A DNA stretch of 64,000 nucleotides from Eledone cirrhosa (lineage: Eukaryota): contig OZ024741.1 of assembly GCA_964016885.1 (NCBI GenBank), forward strand, positions 159,340,001 to 159,404,000, in the 5' to 3' direction. Made by a program: the position numbers and the translations under genes. This document shows, one piece after another, positions 1 to 10,851 of this stretch (within the stretch, counting starts at the first letter, position 1; the number at the start of each line of letters is the position of its first letter). A model generated the notes under the pieces. It was given only the letters and a program-made list of their open reading frames with translations, was not told where the DNA came from and ran no database searches.

Positions 1-195
1 GCATTCTTCCAGAAGGCAACTCAGGAAACTGGGTTAACTCCGACATAAAACCTGCGGCTCAGGAGTTACCGATGATGTTGATCTTTTCTTCTTTTCGGGT
101 TATAGCTACAGTCGCTCAGAGTGGGATTAGCTCAGTGCACAGCCTTTCCTCACTCTAAAACTATTCTTCACGCACAGGCATTGCACGATTGCATT
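1..195 (+). mobile_element. Dispersed repeat fragment, probably the 5' region of a non-LTR element
   Basis: Shares blocks with 2370-2530 (gatgatgttga...ttctttt, gagtggga, gcacaggcattgc). Confidence 0.5.
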
Positions 196-209
196 AATTA
201 ATCATTTAT

Positions 210-1470
210 TACCGCCTGACCGTCGTACCTTCCCCCCGCCTAACTCTGACCAAAATGGAGCGCCTTCTCTTCCGCTTTTTGTGGAAGGGACGTGCTCCCA
301 TGGTCAGACGATCCATTTGCTGTCAACACCCGTTGCGTGGAGGACTAGACATGCCGTGGCTGATGATGCGCAAACATGCGCTGAGGCTGCGACATCTCTG
401 GTGCTTCCTTAACGGTGAACAGGTGTGGTCGCCGTTTGCCAGACGCGCTTTTCCCCAGCTCGTCTCCTTGACAGAGCTGCAGTCCTGGATCAGGAAAAGA
501 CCGAGGGATAGCGCTTGGAAGCTGGAATGTCTCCAAGCGCTCACCGCCCTCTACCAGCTGGGCACTAGTATTGGTGGAACATCCACTTCGGCGTTCTATA
601 GAGGGCTAGTGGAGGGAAAGAGCGACGACGTTTTCGGGGAGACCCTGGGCGTCGAAGACGATCAGCTGTTCGCTCTCTTCAAGAGAACTTTCAGACCGGG
701 GCCTATAGACAACTTCCAGAAATCCCTGGCCTGGCAGTGCTACCACGGAGCGTTGCCGGTTCGGGATAAGCTCTGCAGGCACGGAGGTGCTGTCAGCCGA
801 GCCTGTCCGAGATGCGCGCAGGGCGACGAAACCGTGCTGCACGCACTCGTTCAGTGCCCGAGATTTGGTGACTTGTAGAGCTATGTCGAACAGTTGCTGT
901 CGCGTGTAGGACGGATTCGGTTATCGACTGAGTCCACTGTGCAGGTAGCCCCGCCACCCTCCTTTAAAGAGGAGGAAGGGCAGGCAGTTTTCATCTGCCT
1001 GGTGGCCATGGCGAAAGAGATTGTGTGGTGGACAAGGTTGAAAGGGTTGAAGACGGACAGTTTCCTCTTCGGCCAATCCCTGATTAACTTTTTCAAGTTT
1101 CACTTGAAGAGGAAAATCAGGGTGGAGAGGCAAGTGCTGTCTTCTAGTAAGTTTGTAGAAAGGTAGGTGAAATTGGCGAGTCTGGTCCGAGTGAACGGGC
1201 CCGCTCTGAGTATGCGCCTGTAGACTGAGGAGTGAGAAAACTGAGAGAGGGCGCTTGCCCTGGTGGTCAGGGTGGCCGTGGTCTTTTGTGTGGTTTTCGC
1301 CACGAGTTTCCCTCGGAAGTTTCCCCCCTATTGGGGAATTTTTTGTTGTTTGAATTTTTTGATATTTCTATCTTGTTATAACCTTTTATACACGGCCAAA
1401 ACCCACTTTGTATCGTCCTGTGCCGTCTGTAATGTTTTTCTTCATGTTAGCCCTTGTGGCCAATAAAGAA
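210..1470 (+). mobile_element. Tx1/L1-group LINE, 5'-truncated: ORF2 C-terminus with RT-associated zinc finger and 3' UTR
   Basis: ORF 255-878 reads FRFLWKG...GGLDMP...CPRC..ETVLHALVQCP (CCHC). It continues in frame past stops at 876-878 and 1164-1166. AATAAA near 1462. Confidence 0.9.
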
Positions 1471-1499
1471 ACCATTAATTAATAATTATTAATAGTGTT

Positions 1500-1895
1500 A
1501 TTATTATTATTATGTTTTGTAAATTTTGAAGGTGCCAGCTATCGCAGCCATTTGTAATCTATGAATTAGGGAACTGCGCTCTTTGTCCACAAATCCGAGT
1601 CCAGTTATACTTTGGTCCACGCGGGTTGGTATATAAACTGTACCTCCAATAATAATGGGTATAAAGCTGAAGGTGTATCTTGGATACTGGATCTGCAAAC
1701 TCCTCATCAATGGTCCGTAGATGTCCTCCCTCTCCTGTATTTTTCTTACAACGTTGACATCAAGTGGGCAGCTGATCTCTACAATAGAGCACGCTTTCAA
1801 TGTGTGGTCCCAAACAACAATATCAGACTGGCTGTGCTTTAATTTGGTGGCAGTTTTTATTTTCAGGTTCCACCAGTATTCCTTAGTGCCGTGTA
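1500..1895 (-). mobile_element. RLE-type non-LTR retrotransposon 3' end (R4/Dong-like) with restriction-like endonuclease
   Basis: Minus strand reads WNLKIKTATKLKHSQSDIVVWD...CSIVEISCPLDVNV..K..E...Y..L (PD-D/ExK RLE pattern), followed directly by a (TAA)n tail. Confidence 0.8.
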
Positions 1896-1904
1896 TCTCA
1901 ACAC

Positions 1905-2120
1905 ATGTATGTATGTATGTATGTATGTATGTATGTATGTATGTATGTATGTATGTATGTATGTATGTATGTATGTATGTATGTGTTTGTGTGTGTGTAT
2001 GTGTGTTTGTTTGTTTGTATGTATGTATGTATGTATGTATGTATGTATGTATGTATGTATGTATGTATGTATGTGTGTATGTATGTATGTATGTATGTAT
2101 GTATGTATGTATGTATGTGT
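1905..2120. repeat. (TATG)n microsatellite
   Basis: Seen directly. Confidence 0.99.
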
Positions 2121-2128
2121 TTATGTCA

Positions 2129-2206
2129 GGTCACCAGTTGGTGCTACTGGTAACATGTATTCCAGTACAACCTGTCCCATGGTCGGGTCGTTGGCGACTA
2201 AACTGG
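2129..2206 (+). ncRNA. Candidate HDV-like ribozyme (decayed) at the 5' end of a repeat
   Basis: P1 ggtca/tggtc, J1/2 hairpin ccagt/actgg, P2 ccagt(2162-66)/actgg(2202-06), P3 ac/gt with CC in the loop, GG P1.1, P4 tcg-ttgg-cga, J4/2 CTAA. Confidence 0.45.
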
Positions 2207-2530
2207 CAACCCCACCAAGGTTTCTTGGTGAGGAGGGTGACTTTGGACATCCTGCAGGACTAAAAACAAAACCTGTCAAAGGGCAAAGGAGCTCTTAAGA
2301 GTTAATGGCCATCCAAAATCACCGGGAGAGATGACCCCTTAGCCTTTGTCAAGGCAGAATTCTAGGAGAAGGAAAACTCTGATATAACACCTGCAACCCT
2401 GATGGTATCCAATGATGTTGACTTGTTTTTCTTTTTGGTAAATATCATCTTGGTTAAGAGAGTGGGACTGGCTTTGTGCAGTGCCTTTGCTCTCTATAAA
2501 AGCTTCACGGCACAGGCATTGCTTTATATC
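2129..2530 (+). mobile_element. Retroelement 5'-region fragment, same family as 1-195
   Basis: Similar to 1-195 and begins with the HDV-like motif. Confidence 0.5.
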
Positions 2531-3270
2531 TGGAGATCTCTCTGCACTTGTTGTCACATGGTACCATGGGCCCAGCACTATGTGTCAATAATTGTCACAA
2601 GTGTAATGTTTGTACCAGAGTTTTCAAGTCGCTGGCTGGACTAAAAAGTCACTGCATCGGTAGGGGTTCTCCTACATGGATATAAAGTAGTGGCCGTACT
2701 CGAAAACGAGTTGGCAGCCACCATGTGTGTATGTATGTACCTATGCATGTGTATGTATGTATATGTGTGTGTTTGTTTGTATGTATGTATGTATGTATGT
2801 GGCATTTAAGTGTACGAGGATTTCTTGACACGCCCTCGTTGTCAAGACAGCCGTAATTGTAAACAAACCGTAGTTATCTGTTGATTCAGCTATTGGCGAA
2901 GAAGTGAATGCTTGGAAACCTTTTTTTCCCAACAAAAGAAAAAATATATCCAGTGAAAAATATAGATAAAAGAATAATAGCAGGATTACAACTATAGTAA
3001 TACTAATATCTAACATAATTCTTTTCTTTTCTTAAATAACAAACACAGCAAAATTCAACAGCCAACTGATGGTGACTTGTCGGGTCATTAAGTTTAGTAA
3101 TGTATAATTAATAACGCTGCGATTATTATCAGAAACATGAATTATGACATTAACAATGGTACATAAATTGTGCTGATATTTTTTAAACGCAATTCTTCTA
3201 ATAAATTAAAGTATAAAAAAAACAACAACAACAAAAAATACGAAACTATTGAAAAGAATTCTCAATAAAG

Positions 3271-3346
3271 TTTTCCCGTTGGTTTCAGTAAACAACGCAA
3301 TGTCTTCGCTTCATATGAAACGGCCCTTGAACCGTAACAAGTAAGT
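3271..3346 (+). promoter_or_regulatory. Possible TSS and first exon (Inr TCAGT 3285-89, ATG 3300, donor GTAAGT 3341)
   Basis: Unique, relatively CpG-rich region. Short ORF MSSLHMKRPLNRN ends at a consensus donor. No recognisable product. Confidence 0.3.
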
Positions 3347-5132
3347 TCGCTTTTGATATATACATATATATATATATTTTTTTATTTTTCCTTCATGAAA
3401 AAATAAAAATAAAATACGCTTCTTCGTTGGGTAATTGCTGGCCTTGTGCCAAAAGTAGAAACAGTTATCATTTTGCATTTCAAATTGAAACAAACATTAC
3501 TTGAGTTAGGTTTAGGGTTTAAAGTTACGTTTTGAGTTAAGATTAGCTATCATTTATTTTGGTTTGAAATGTATGGTAAAAAGGATGGTAAATTGTTTGA
3601 AGTTTGTTAAAAAAAAAAAATATTCGATGAGTTGTCTCCCCTGTTATCATTGAACTTTTTACAGCCTGTTCTCATTGTTACTATTCGCTACGCTTTCTAA
3701 GCACCATTCTCAGCTCACTGTTAATTTTGTCATCTAGGTAACAGAAGCTATCGACTATTTTTATAGATCCTTATTGAATTGGAAAGAGTTTATTACACCG
3801 GTGCGATTACTGCTAACCACCCCGGTGTATCTGCCACACAAAATCTTTTTTTCTTTCTTAGCCAGCCTGTGATACTGCAACAGCTTTCTTATACTTAAAG
3901 TTTACAGTGGACGTATTGTATGGAGTTTCTACCTACTCCTTCTCTGCAAATTGAACATAGCCATTTCCCTCATAATACCAGTTTTTTTTTTTTAGTTTTT
4001 TTTTACCTTACTCACAAACTTTGGCCTTTGCTAAATCCTTTCTGTTCTAGGTTTTGTCTCCATGTCTGGAACTTCTCTAAATCTTTCACAGATTCGGCTA
4101 TAAGTATCAAATGATCAACAGCTTCGAAAATTACATGTGTGTATGTATGTATACATATATGTGTGTGTGTATTATATATATATACCTATCTCCCCAATTC
4201 CTCGGGCACTTTCCCCACCCCGCCCAAGTCCCCAACCCTCCCAAGTCCCCAACCCACCCAAGTCTCCAACCCACACCATAAAGTGTTCCCTCCTGGAGCC
4301 ACGACAAAAGTACCCAGTCCACACTATAAAGTGGTTGTGTACGTGTTACGACTAAGTTTCCCATTTCATGCACATCAGCACCACACATTCAAAGAAGAAT
4401 TTCAGAAAATTACTTTTCCTGTTAAATATTATGTATTGTCAGAGGTTTATTTTTTCTATTTTAAAATATATTTAAGAACAACGGTTGTCACTTGTAATTG
4501 AATATAACTTGGTAGTATGTAACATGCTTTCATTAAAGGTATGCAGTCACTAGCAGACACACCACTAAGACGGTGTAAACGTTATCAGCCAATGTGTGAA
4601 ATTGTACTAATGACTGTATTAGTGCTGATATATGGTGCAAATGAGTGACACCAGCAGTTTTAAAAGTACCACCTACTGAAAAAGAAGACAGAAGGTTCTT
4701 TTTATGGTTGGGTGGGGGGCGTGGGGTTGTTTTATTGGGGTTTTTTTTGTTATTTAATCAAGGAGGGAAGGGTAGTGTCCTTGTCCCTTTTCAGAGACTC
4801 TAAGTGTAGTGGAAGGAAAGGAGGAAGGTTTCCTCAAAGTGGAGACCTGGCTAAAATGCTTGCAATTGCTAAAGGCACTGAAGGGTCAGGTGGTTGTGTT
4901 AAACCGGGTGGCAGATCAAGTCTTCCACCCAAGTAGACCACAGCGGTGTTTGAAGTCAGGATGGAAAGAACCAAAACAAAAACCAATGATATAACAATGT
5001 TGACAATCCACTGCCCTGAACTGGTACTTTATTTTAACAACACTGAAAGGCAAAGCTGACCTTGGTGGTATTCAAACCCAATTCACAGAAAGCCAGAACA
5101 AATATTGCTCTAACAACAACCAATTCACTGGC

Positions 5133-5339
5133 TTAACCCTTAAATGTTCAAACCGGCCAGAATTCTCTACCTCTTTCTGTTGAAACTGGCTGTAACCGGT
5201 TGCTCAAACTAATGTTAAGGTTTTGTTCTCAAAATAAATACTTTCAAAATCTCATAGATTTGATATTATGTGAGGTAAAGCCTTTACCATGAAAATATAA
5301 TAGTATATATATAGAGTAATGTGAATGCTAAAGGGTTAA
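5133..5339 (+). mobile_element. piggyBac-type MITE, family M1
   Basis: TTAA-CCCTT...AAGGG-TTAA ends; about 8 copies in the window. Confidence 0.85.
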
Positions 5340-5459
5340 GTGTTGGGAAAACATCATTATCATCATCATCGTTTTTACATCCATTTTTCCATCCATTTTT
5401 CCACTCTTGCATGAGTTGGCCAGGTCCTTTTCAGCACAGCATCTCTCCACTTGTTGCAT

Positions 5460-6397
5460 TTCTACATCATCTCCTCTGTGAGTCTTAACGATTTGAGGTC
5501 AGCTCTCACCACCTCTGCCTAGGTCTTTTTCAGTCTACTTCTACTGTGGCTTCTATCCATTATCATTTCTTGGCACTTTTTCACCGATTGATCATTATTC
5601 ATGCACATCACATGTCCATACCAAAACAAACTTCTCTCCTGCACACCACCTTGGATTCCTCTTAAACCCAGTTTCTCCCTCAGTTCATCCAAACTCTGCC
5701 ATTCTATCACATTTACATTGCACATCCAATAAAGCATAGCTGCTTCATTTCTCTCCAGTCTACGTATGTCCTCTACAGTCACTACCCATGTTTCACTACC
5801 ATGCAGCATTGCACTTTGCACACAGGCATCATACAGTCATCCTTTTGTACATAGGGAGAAACTTTTGTTGTCAACAATGGGAGTAGCTCTCTAAACTTCT
5901 TCCAGCCGGTCTTATTCTAGTTACTATGCTCTCAGAGAACCCTCCTCCACTGCTAATTAAGTCACCTAGATAGCAAAAGCTGTCAACCACTTCTATGGAC
6001 CTTTCCTGTGAATTGAAGAGGTTTAAATCCCTGTCACTCTTCTCTTTCATTACTCCTGTGCATCTTCTATATACGAAGTCTTCCATACCCATTATCCCAC
6101 TACATCTTTTGTGTACTCAAAATGTACATTATGTGCACTGCATGGAGTTTATGTCTACTCCTTTTCAACATATGGAGCAGGGCTACTTCCATAAAGGGAT
6201 CAGGGTGTTGTCTTCTTTCCTACTCACTAGCACTTTAGGTTTGGCTAAATTTAATCGCAGACTTTTTGATTCCAAAACATATATATATATGGGGGGGGGG
6301 GACTTCTCTGTGTGGATGATCTGGTCCTTATAGCTGAATGTATAAAAGAACTATAGAATATATTCCGAGTATGGAAACAGAATTTGGAATTAAATCT
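5460..6397 (-). mobile_element. RTE-clade LINE 3' part (decayed RT) with an inverted 5' segment at 6300-6397
   Basis: Minus strand VVDSFCYLGD...MLHGSETW...WYGHVM; plus-strand piece LLCVDDLVLIAE...FRVWKQNLE. Confidence 0.85.
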
Positions 6398-6844
6398 GTG
6401 TGTGTGTACATATGCTTGTCTGTGAGCCCTTTATATTGTTTGTGTGTGTGTATGAGTCTGTGAATTCTTTTGTTTATATATACATATATACATATACATA
6501 TGTGTGTGTATATATATATATGGTTTAAAAAGTTTTAATAACAAAAAATACACACCCACCTACAACACACATACATATGTACATACAGTATAATTGCCAT
6601 TTGATGTCCTTTTTCCATGCTGACATACATACATACACACATACATAAACTTCATTTGCTTATTAATTTCATATAAATACATAAACTCACACTCCCACAA
6701 TGCTGCTGCCATGTACTTAGGCCACCTTTTATGGTGATCTGGTGCCACATCTGCAAAAACATCCAGTCCACTCCGTAAGGTGGTCATGCCGGTAACATGC
6801 ATTTTGGGAGTAAAAACCCAGCGTCCACATACTCCCTCCACAGC

Positions 6845-7605
6845 ACTAATATCAAAAGTCTTCTTGTGAACGTGACCTGGGCATTACGGTCAGCAGCGAT
6901 TTGCGTTGGACGAAGCACGTCTCTAAAATTGTCAAGAAGGCCGAGGGTGTCTTAGCATCAATCAGCAAGACCTTTGTCAGCCGCTTTCCAGCTGTTTATT
7001 TAAGGCTGTACATGGCTATGGTGCGGCCACACTTAGAATTTGCATCACCAGTCTGAAACCCCTATCTTGCTCAGAACATTGACCGCCTGGAAACTGTTCA
7101 GAGACATGCGACCAAGCGAATACCCTCCATCAGGCATCTACCATACTCTGAGCGCCTTGTTTCCCTGGGCATGGATACATTGAAGCTCCGACGCCTGGCA
7201 ACTGACAAAATTGTTAACCATCTTGCCAACAACAACCCTGAGTACCTTTTTGATTTCCATGTATCTAACACACGTGGGCATGCCCACAAAGTCAGAAAAC
7301 AGTACAGTTCCCATGACTTTCAGAAACATTTTTTCACGCTCAGAGTTGCTGAAGCATGGAACAAACTACCTGCATCAGTTGTTAGCTGTCGAGACACTGC
7401 ATCCTTTAAGGCCTCCATGCTTCCCGAGATTCACTAACACTACACCTAATGTTCCCCCTCCATACACATACACACATGTATATCATGGCTCATACACTAT
7501 TCACTTCCCTGACATTTGTGTATTATTCTATCTACTATACATGCACCTTTGATGAGTTGTAGTGCACCCGAGCACTTTACACAATAATTTCATTATTATA
7601 ATTAT
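6845..7605 (+). mobile_element. CR1-group LINE 3' end
   Basis: ERDLGITV...RPHLEFASPV*NPYL...HFFTLRVAEAWNKL, 3' UTR ending in (ATT)n. Confidence 0.9.
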
Positions 7606-8020
7606 TATGACAAGAGGCAACATTCAACCCACCCTGTAAGGGGATCATGTTAGGGACACGACAAAAAGCCCTCAACCCACCCTGTAAAGTGATCATGCTG
7701 GTGACATGAGAAAAAAGTACCCAGTCCACCCAATAGGGTGGTTGTACTGGTGACATGAGAAATAAAAGCACCCTGTCTACCCTAATATGTGGTGGTTTTA
7801 GTGCCACAAATAAAAAGCTCACTTTCCATTGTAATATGGTTGGCATTAGGAAGGGTATCTAGTCATGGAAATCAAGCTGCCAAAATACCAATCCATGTGA
7901 GCAAGATATGGTCACCTAGGCTGATTTGTCTCATAACATGACAGCTCATCTAACCTATGCAAGTGCAAAAAATAGACATTAAATAATGGTGATGATATAT
8001 ATATATATATATATATATAT

Positions 8021-8540
8021 AAAGCACTGTCAGCAGCACGATGCTCTTGTACAGGCGCTGCTTGATCCTGGGGCTGATGCATGAAGACGACCAGACACGG
8101 TCCATCCACTGGAAAACTGTGGCTCTGTTGCCAATCCGACAGTTGATGTCAAGTTCTGCGTCGCCATTGTTTGTGACTGAATGCATTGCACCAGCAGTGC
8201 CTGCAAGGAATCCTTCGTGTGTCACGATGCAACGAGGACATCTACGGAGAGCCAAGTATTGGACACTGCAGAGGGTGGTCACGGAGTGCCGGTACTGCTT
8301 GGCTGGCCATAATTCTGCACCTGCCTAATGGACGACACTTGAAAACGGTGATGACCGGGACTCCACCTGGTGGCAAACGGAAGCGGAGCTGTCCCAGGAG
8401 CACTTGGCGACGAACGTTCCAGAAAGACCTGATGGCAGCCAACATCACGTGGCATGGACGGGAAAAAGCCGCCACTAATCGTGAACATTGGAGACTACTC
8501 ACATGATGCACCAAAAGGCGCGAAAGAACCTGAGACTAAG
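8021..8540 (+). mobile_element. RTE-like LINE 3' end with a 5' inversion (8021-8175 on minus)
   Basis: Plus strand LNALHQQCL.GIL...GKRKRSCPRSTWRRT; minus strand DINCRIG...IKQRLYKSIVLLTVLY. Confidence 0.8.
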
Positions 8541-8707
8541 ATATATATAATCACTGATTTATGTCATTTTTTTCATGCTGACATACATAGATACATACAT
8601 ACACACACACAGACACACACACACATATATATGTATTTATGTATATTTATGTATATATGTATATATATATGTATATATATATACATGTATATGTATATAT
8701 ACATATA

Positions 8708-8739
<32 letters not shown>

Positions 8740-8973
8740 AATATATATACACACACATATATATATATATAATTGGAAATCAGTAAAATCGAATCTCTGG
8801 CGGTTTGCAAGTAAATTCGGCCTACTTATATGAAATGATGAGTTAGCAAAGCACTCGATAAGATAGGACCTCAGAGTAATAACATACGTTTAAATAGCTT
8901 GACAAATCGAACATTGTGGTAGGTGAAACTAACACACAATACATACCAAAGTAACGATAGAACTAATCAGGTT

Positions 8974-9011
<38 letters not shown>

Positions 9012-9418
9012 TATAGAGAGTTATAAACTCAAATAGTCTTTTACAATTAAATAGCTCAAAGAAAGGAATATTTCTGAGCCGTGTTTTTATTGATTTATTA
9101 TTTTAAATCGAGACAGGCAAACCGTATTATTTAAATTAGTATTTTTCAATCTAGCTAACTTGGTCATTTGCAATGCAAACACATGTATACTTGTTTCAGT
9201 GTTTATCCCTATCATATATTCATTTGTATATATATATATATATGCATTTATGCAGCATATCCAAGCATAAATAATCAGATAAAAATATAAAATTACAAAA
9301 TTCTCAGCTATAAACATTAACATACTTCTCATGTCACTGATGGAATGTTTAGCTAAAGTCAGTTGATCATGATAATGATACTCGTACATAGAGACACACA
9401 CATACTCACATGCACACA

Positions 9419-9472
<54 letters not shown>

Positions 9473-9473
<1 letters not shown>

Positions 9474-9747
9474 GGAGGCACATGGCTTAGTGGTTAGAGC
9501 ATTGGCCTTGCAATCGAAAGGTTGTGAGTTCAATTCTCAGACCGGGTGATGTGTTGTTTCCTTGAGCAAGACACTTTATTTCACATTGCTCCAGTTTACT
9601 CAGCTGTAGAAATGAGATGATAGGGACTGTAAATGAGGTTGGCGTCGGGAAGGGCATCCAGCTGTAGAAATCAAGCCAGAATCAGTTCCCGTCCCACCCT
9701 TGCAAGCAGGGAAAAGCGGATGTAAAATGATGATGATGATGATGATG
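9473..9747 (+). mobile_element. tRNA-derived SINE family S2 (CORE-like centre, RTE-like tail)
   Basis: A box tggcttagtgg, B box gagttcaattc, tccttgagcaagacactt domain, (ATG)n tail. Near-identical copies at 40399, 49037, 62874 and 63686. Confidence 0.9.
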
Positions 9748-10149
9748 ATATATATATATAATATATCAGTCCACTCTGTAAGGTGGTCTTGCTGGAGCCA
9801 TGACAAAAAGCAGCCAGTCAACCATGTAAGGTGATAGTGTGGTGGTGCTGATACCATAGAAAAAGCTTGCAGTATATGTTGAAATGGAGTTGGTATTATG
9901 GAAGATTAAATCAAAAATGGAATGTTTGAGCAAGATGTGGTCCCCTGACCTGTCTAGCCACATAACATAATAGTTTGTCTAACCTTGCAGGCATGGAAAA
10001 TAGACATTAAATGGTGTTGATGATGGTGATGATATTATCATCATCATCATAATTTTACTTTTTCATGTTAGCATGATTTGAATAGGTTGTCGTAATTCTT
10101 ATTTGGAGTTACTACACTTCCTTCAAAACTTCTATGATTCCCGAAATTC

Positions 10150-10340
10150 ACCAACACTATACCTGATATTCCCCTTCCATACACACACATGCACGTGTGT
10201 GTGTCAGTGTGTATATCATGACTCATACACTGTTCACTTACCTGACATTTGTACATTATTTTATGTACTATACATGTACCTTTGATGAGTTGTAGTGCAC
10301 CTGAGCACTGTACACAATAATTTTCATTATTATTATTATA
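10150..10340 (+). mobile_element. CR1 3' UTR fragment
   Basis: Matches 7425-7600. Confidence 0.85.
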
Positions 10341-10343
10341 ATA

Positions 10344-10570
10344 GGCGGTGGATTGGCAGTATCGGTAGAGAGTCGGACGCCATGATTTGACACATAGAGT
10401 TACGGCCCTTACCATTCTGAGTTCAAATCCCGCCGAGGTTAACTTAGCCTTTCATCCTTATGGGGTTAATAAAATAAAGTACCAGTCACGCACTGGGGTC
10501 GATTTAATCGACTTTCCCCTCCCCCCCCCCCAAATTACTGGCCTTGTGCCTATATAAGAAACCATTATTA
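10344..10570 (+). mobile_element. tRNA-derived SINE family S1
   Basis: tggcagtatcgg A box, gagttcaaatcc B box, (ATT)n tail; more than 12 copies in the window. Confidence 0.9.
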
Positions 10571-10815
10571 CCACTACCACCCACACCACCATCATACCAC
10601 CATCATACCACCACTACCATCACCACCACCCATACCACCATACTACCACCATACCACCACATCACCCACACCACCATACTACCACCATACCACCACTACC
10701 ATCACCACTAATATCATATTTGTATGAACCAATCCTTTCAGAACCAGTTTTTGTCTTACCCTATCTCTGTCTCTGTTTGTCTCCTGTAAACCTGTCTCTC
10801 ACACTCTGTCACTCT

Positions 10816-10851
<36 letters not shown>

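Noticed and set aside
4540-4620. Hammerhead-like fold (tgcagtca/tgactgta, acac/gtgt, GAAA)
   Set aside because: Core reads CTAGCAGA and stem III does not pair; at most a decayed relic.
9473-9545. SINE heads as functional tRNA genes
   Set aside because: A/B boxes continue into SINE bodies and no full cloverleaf is supported.
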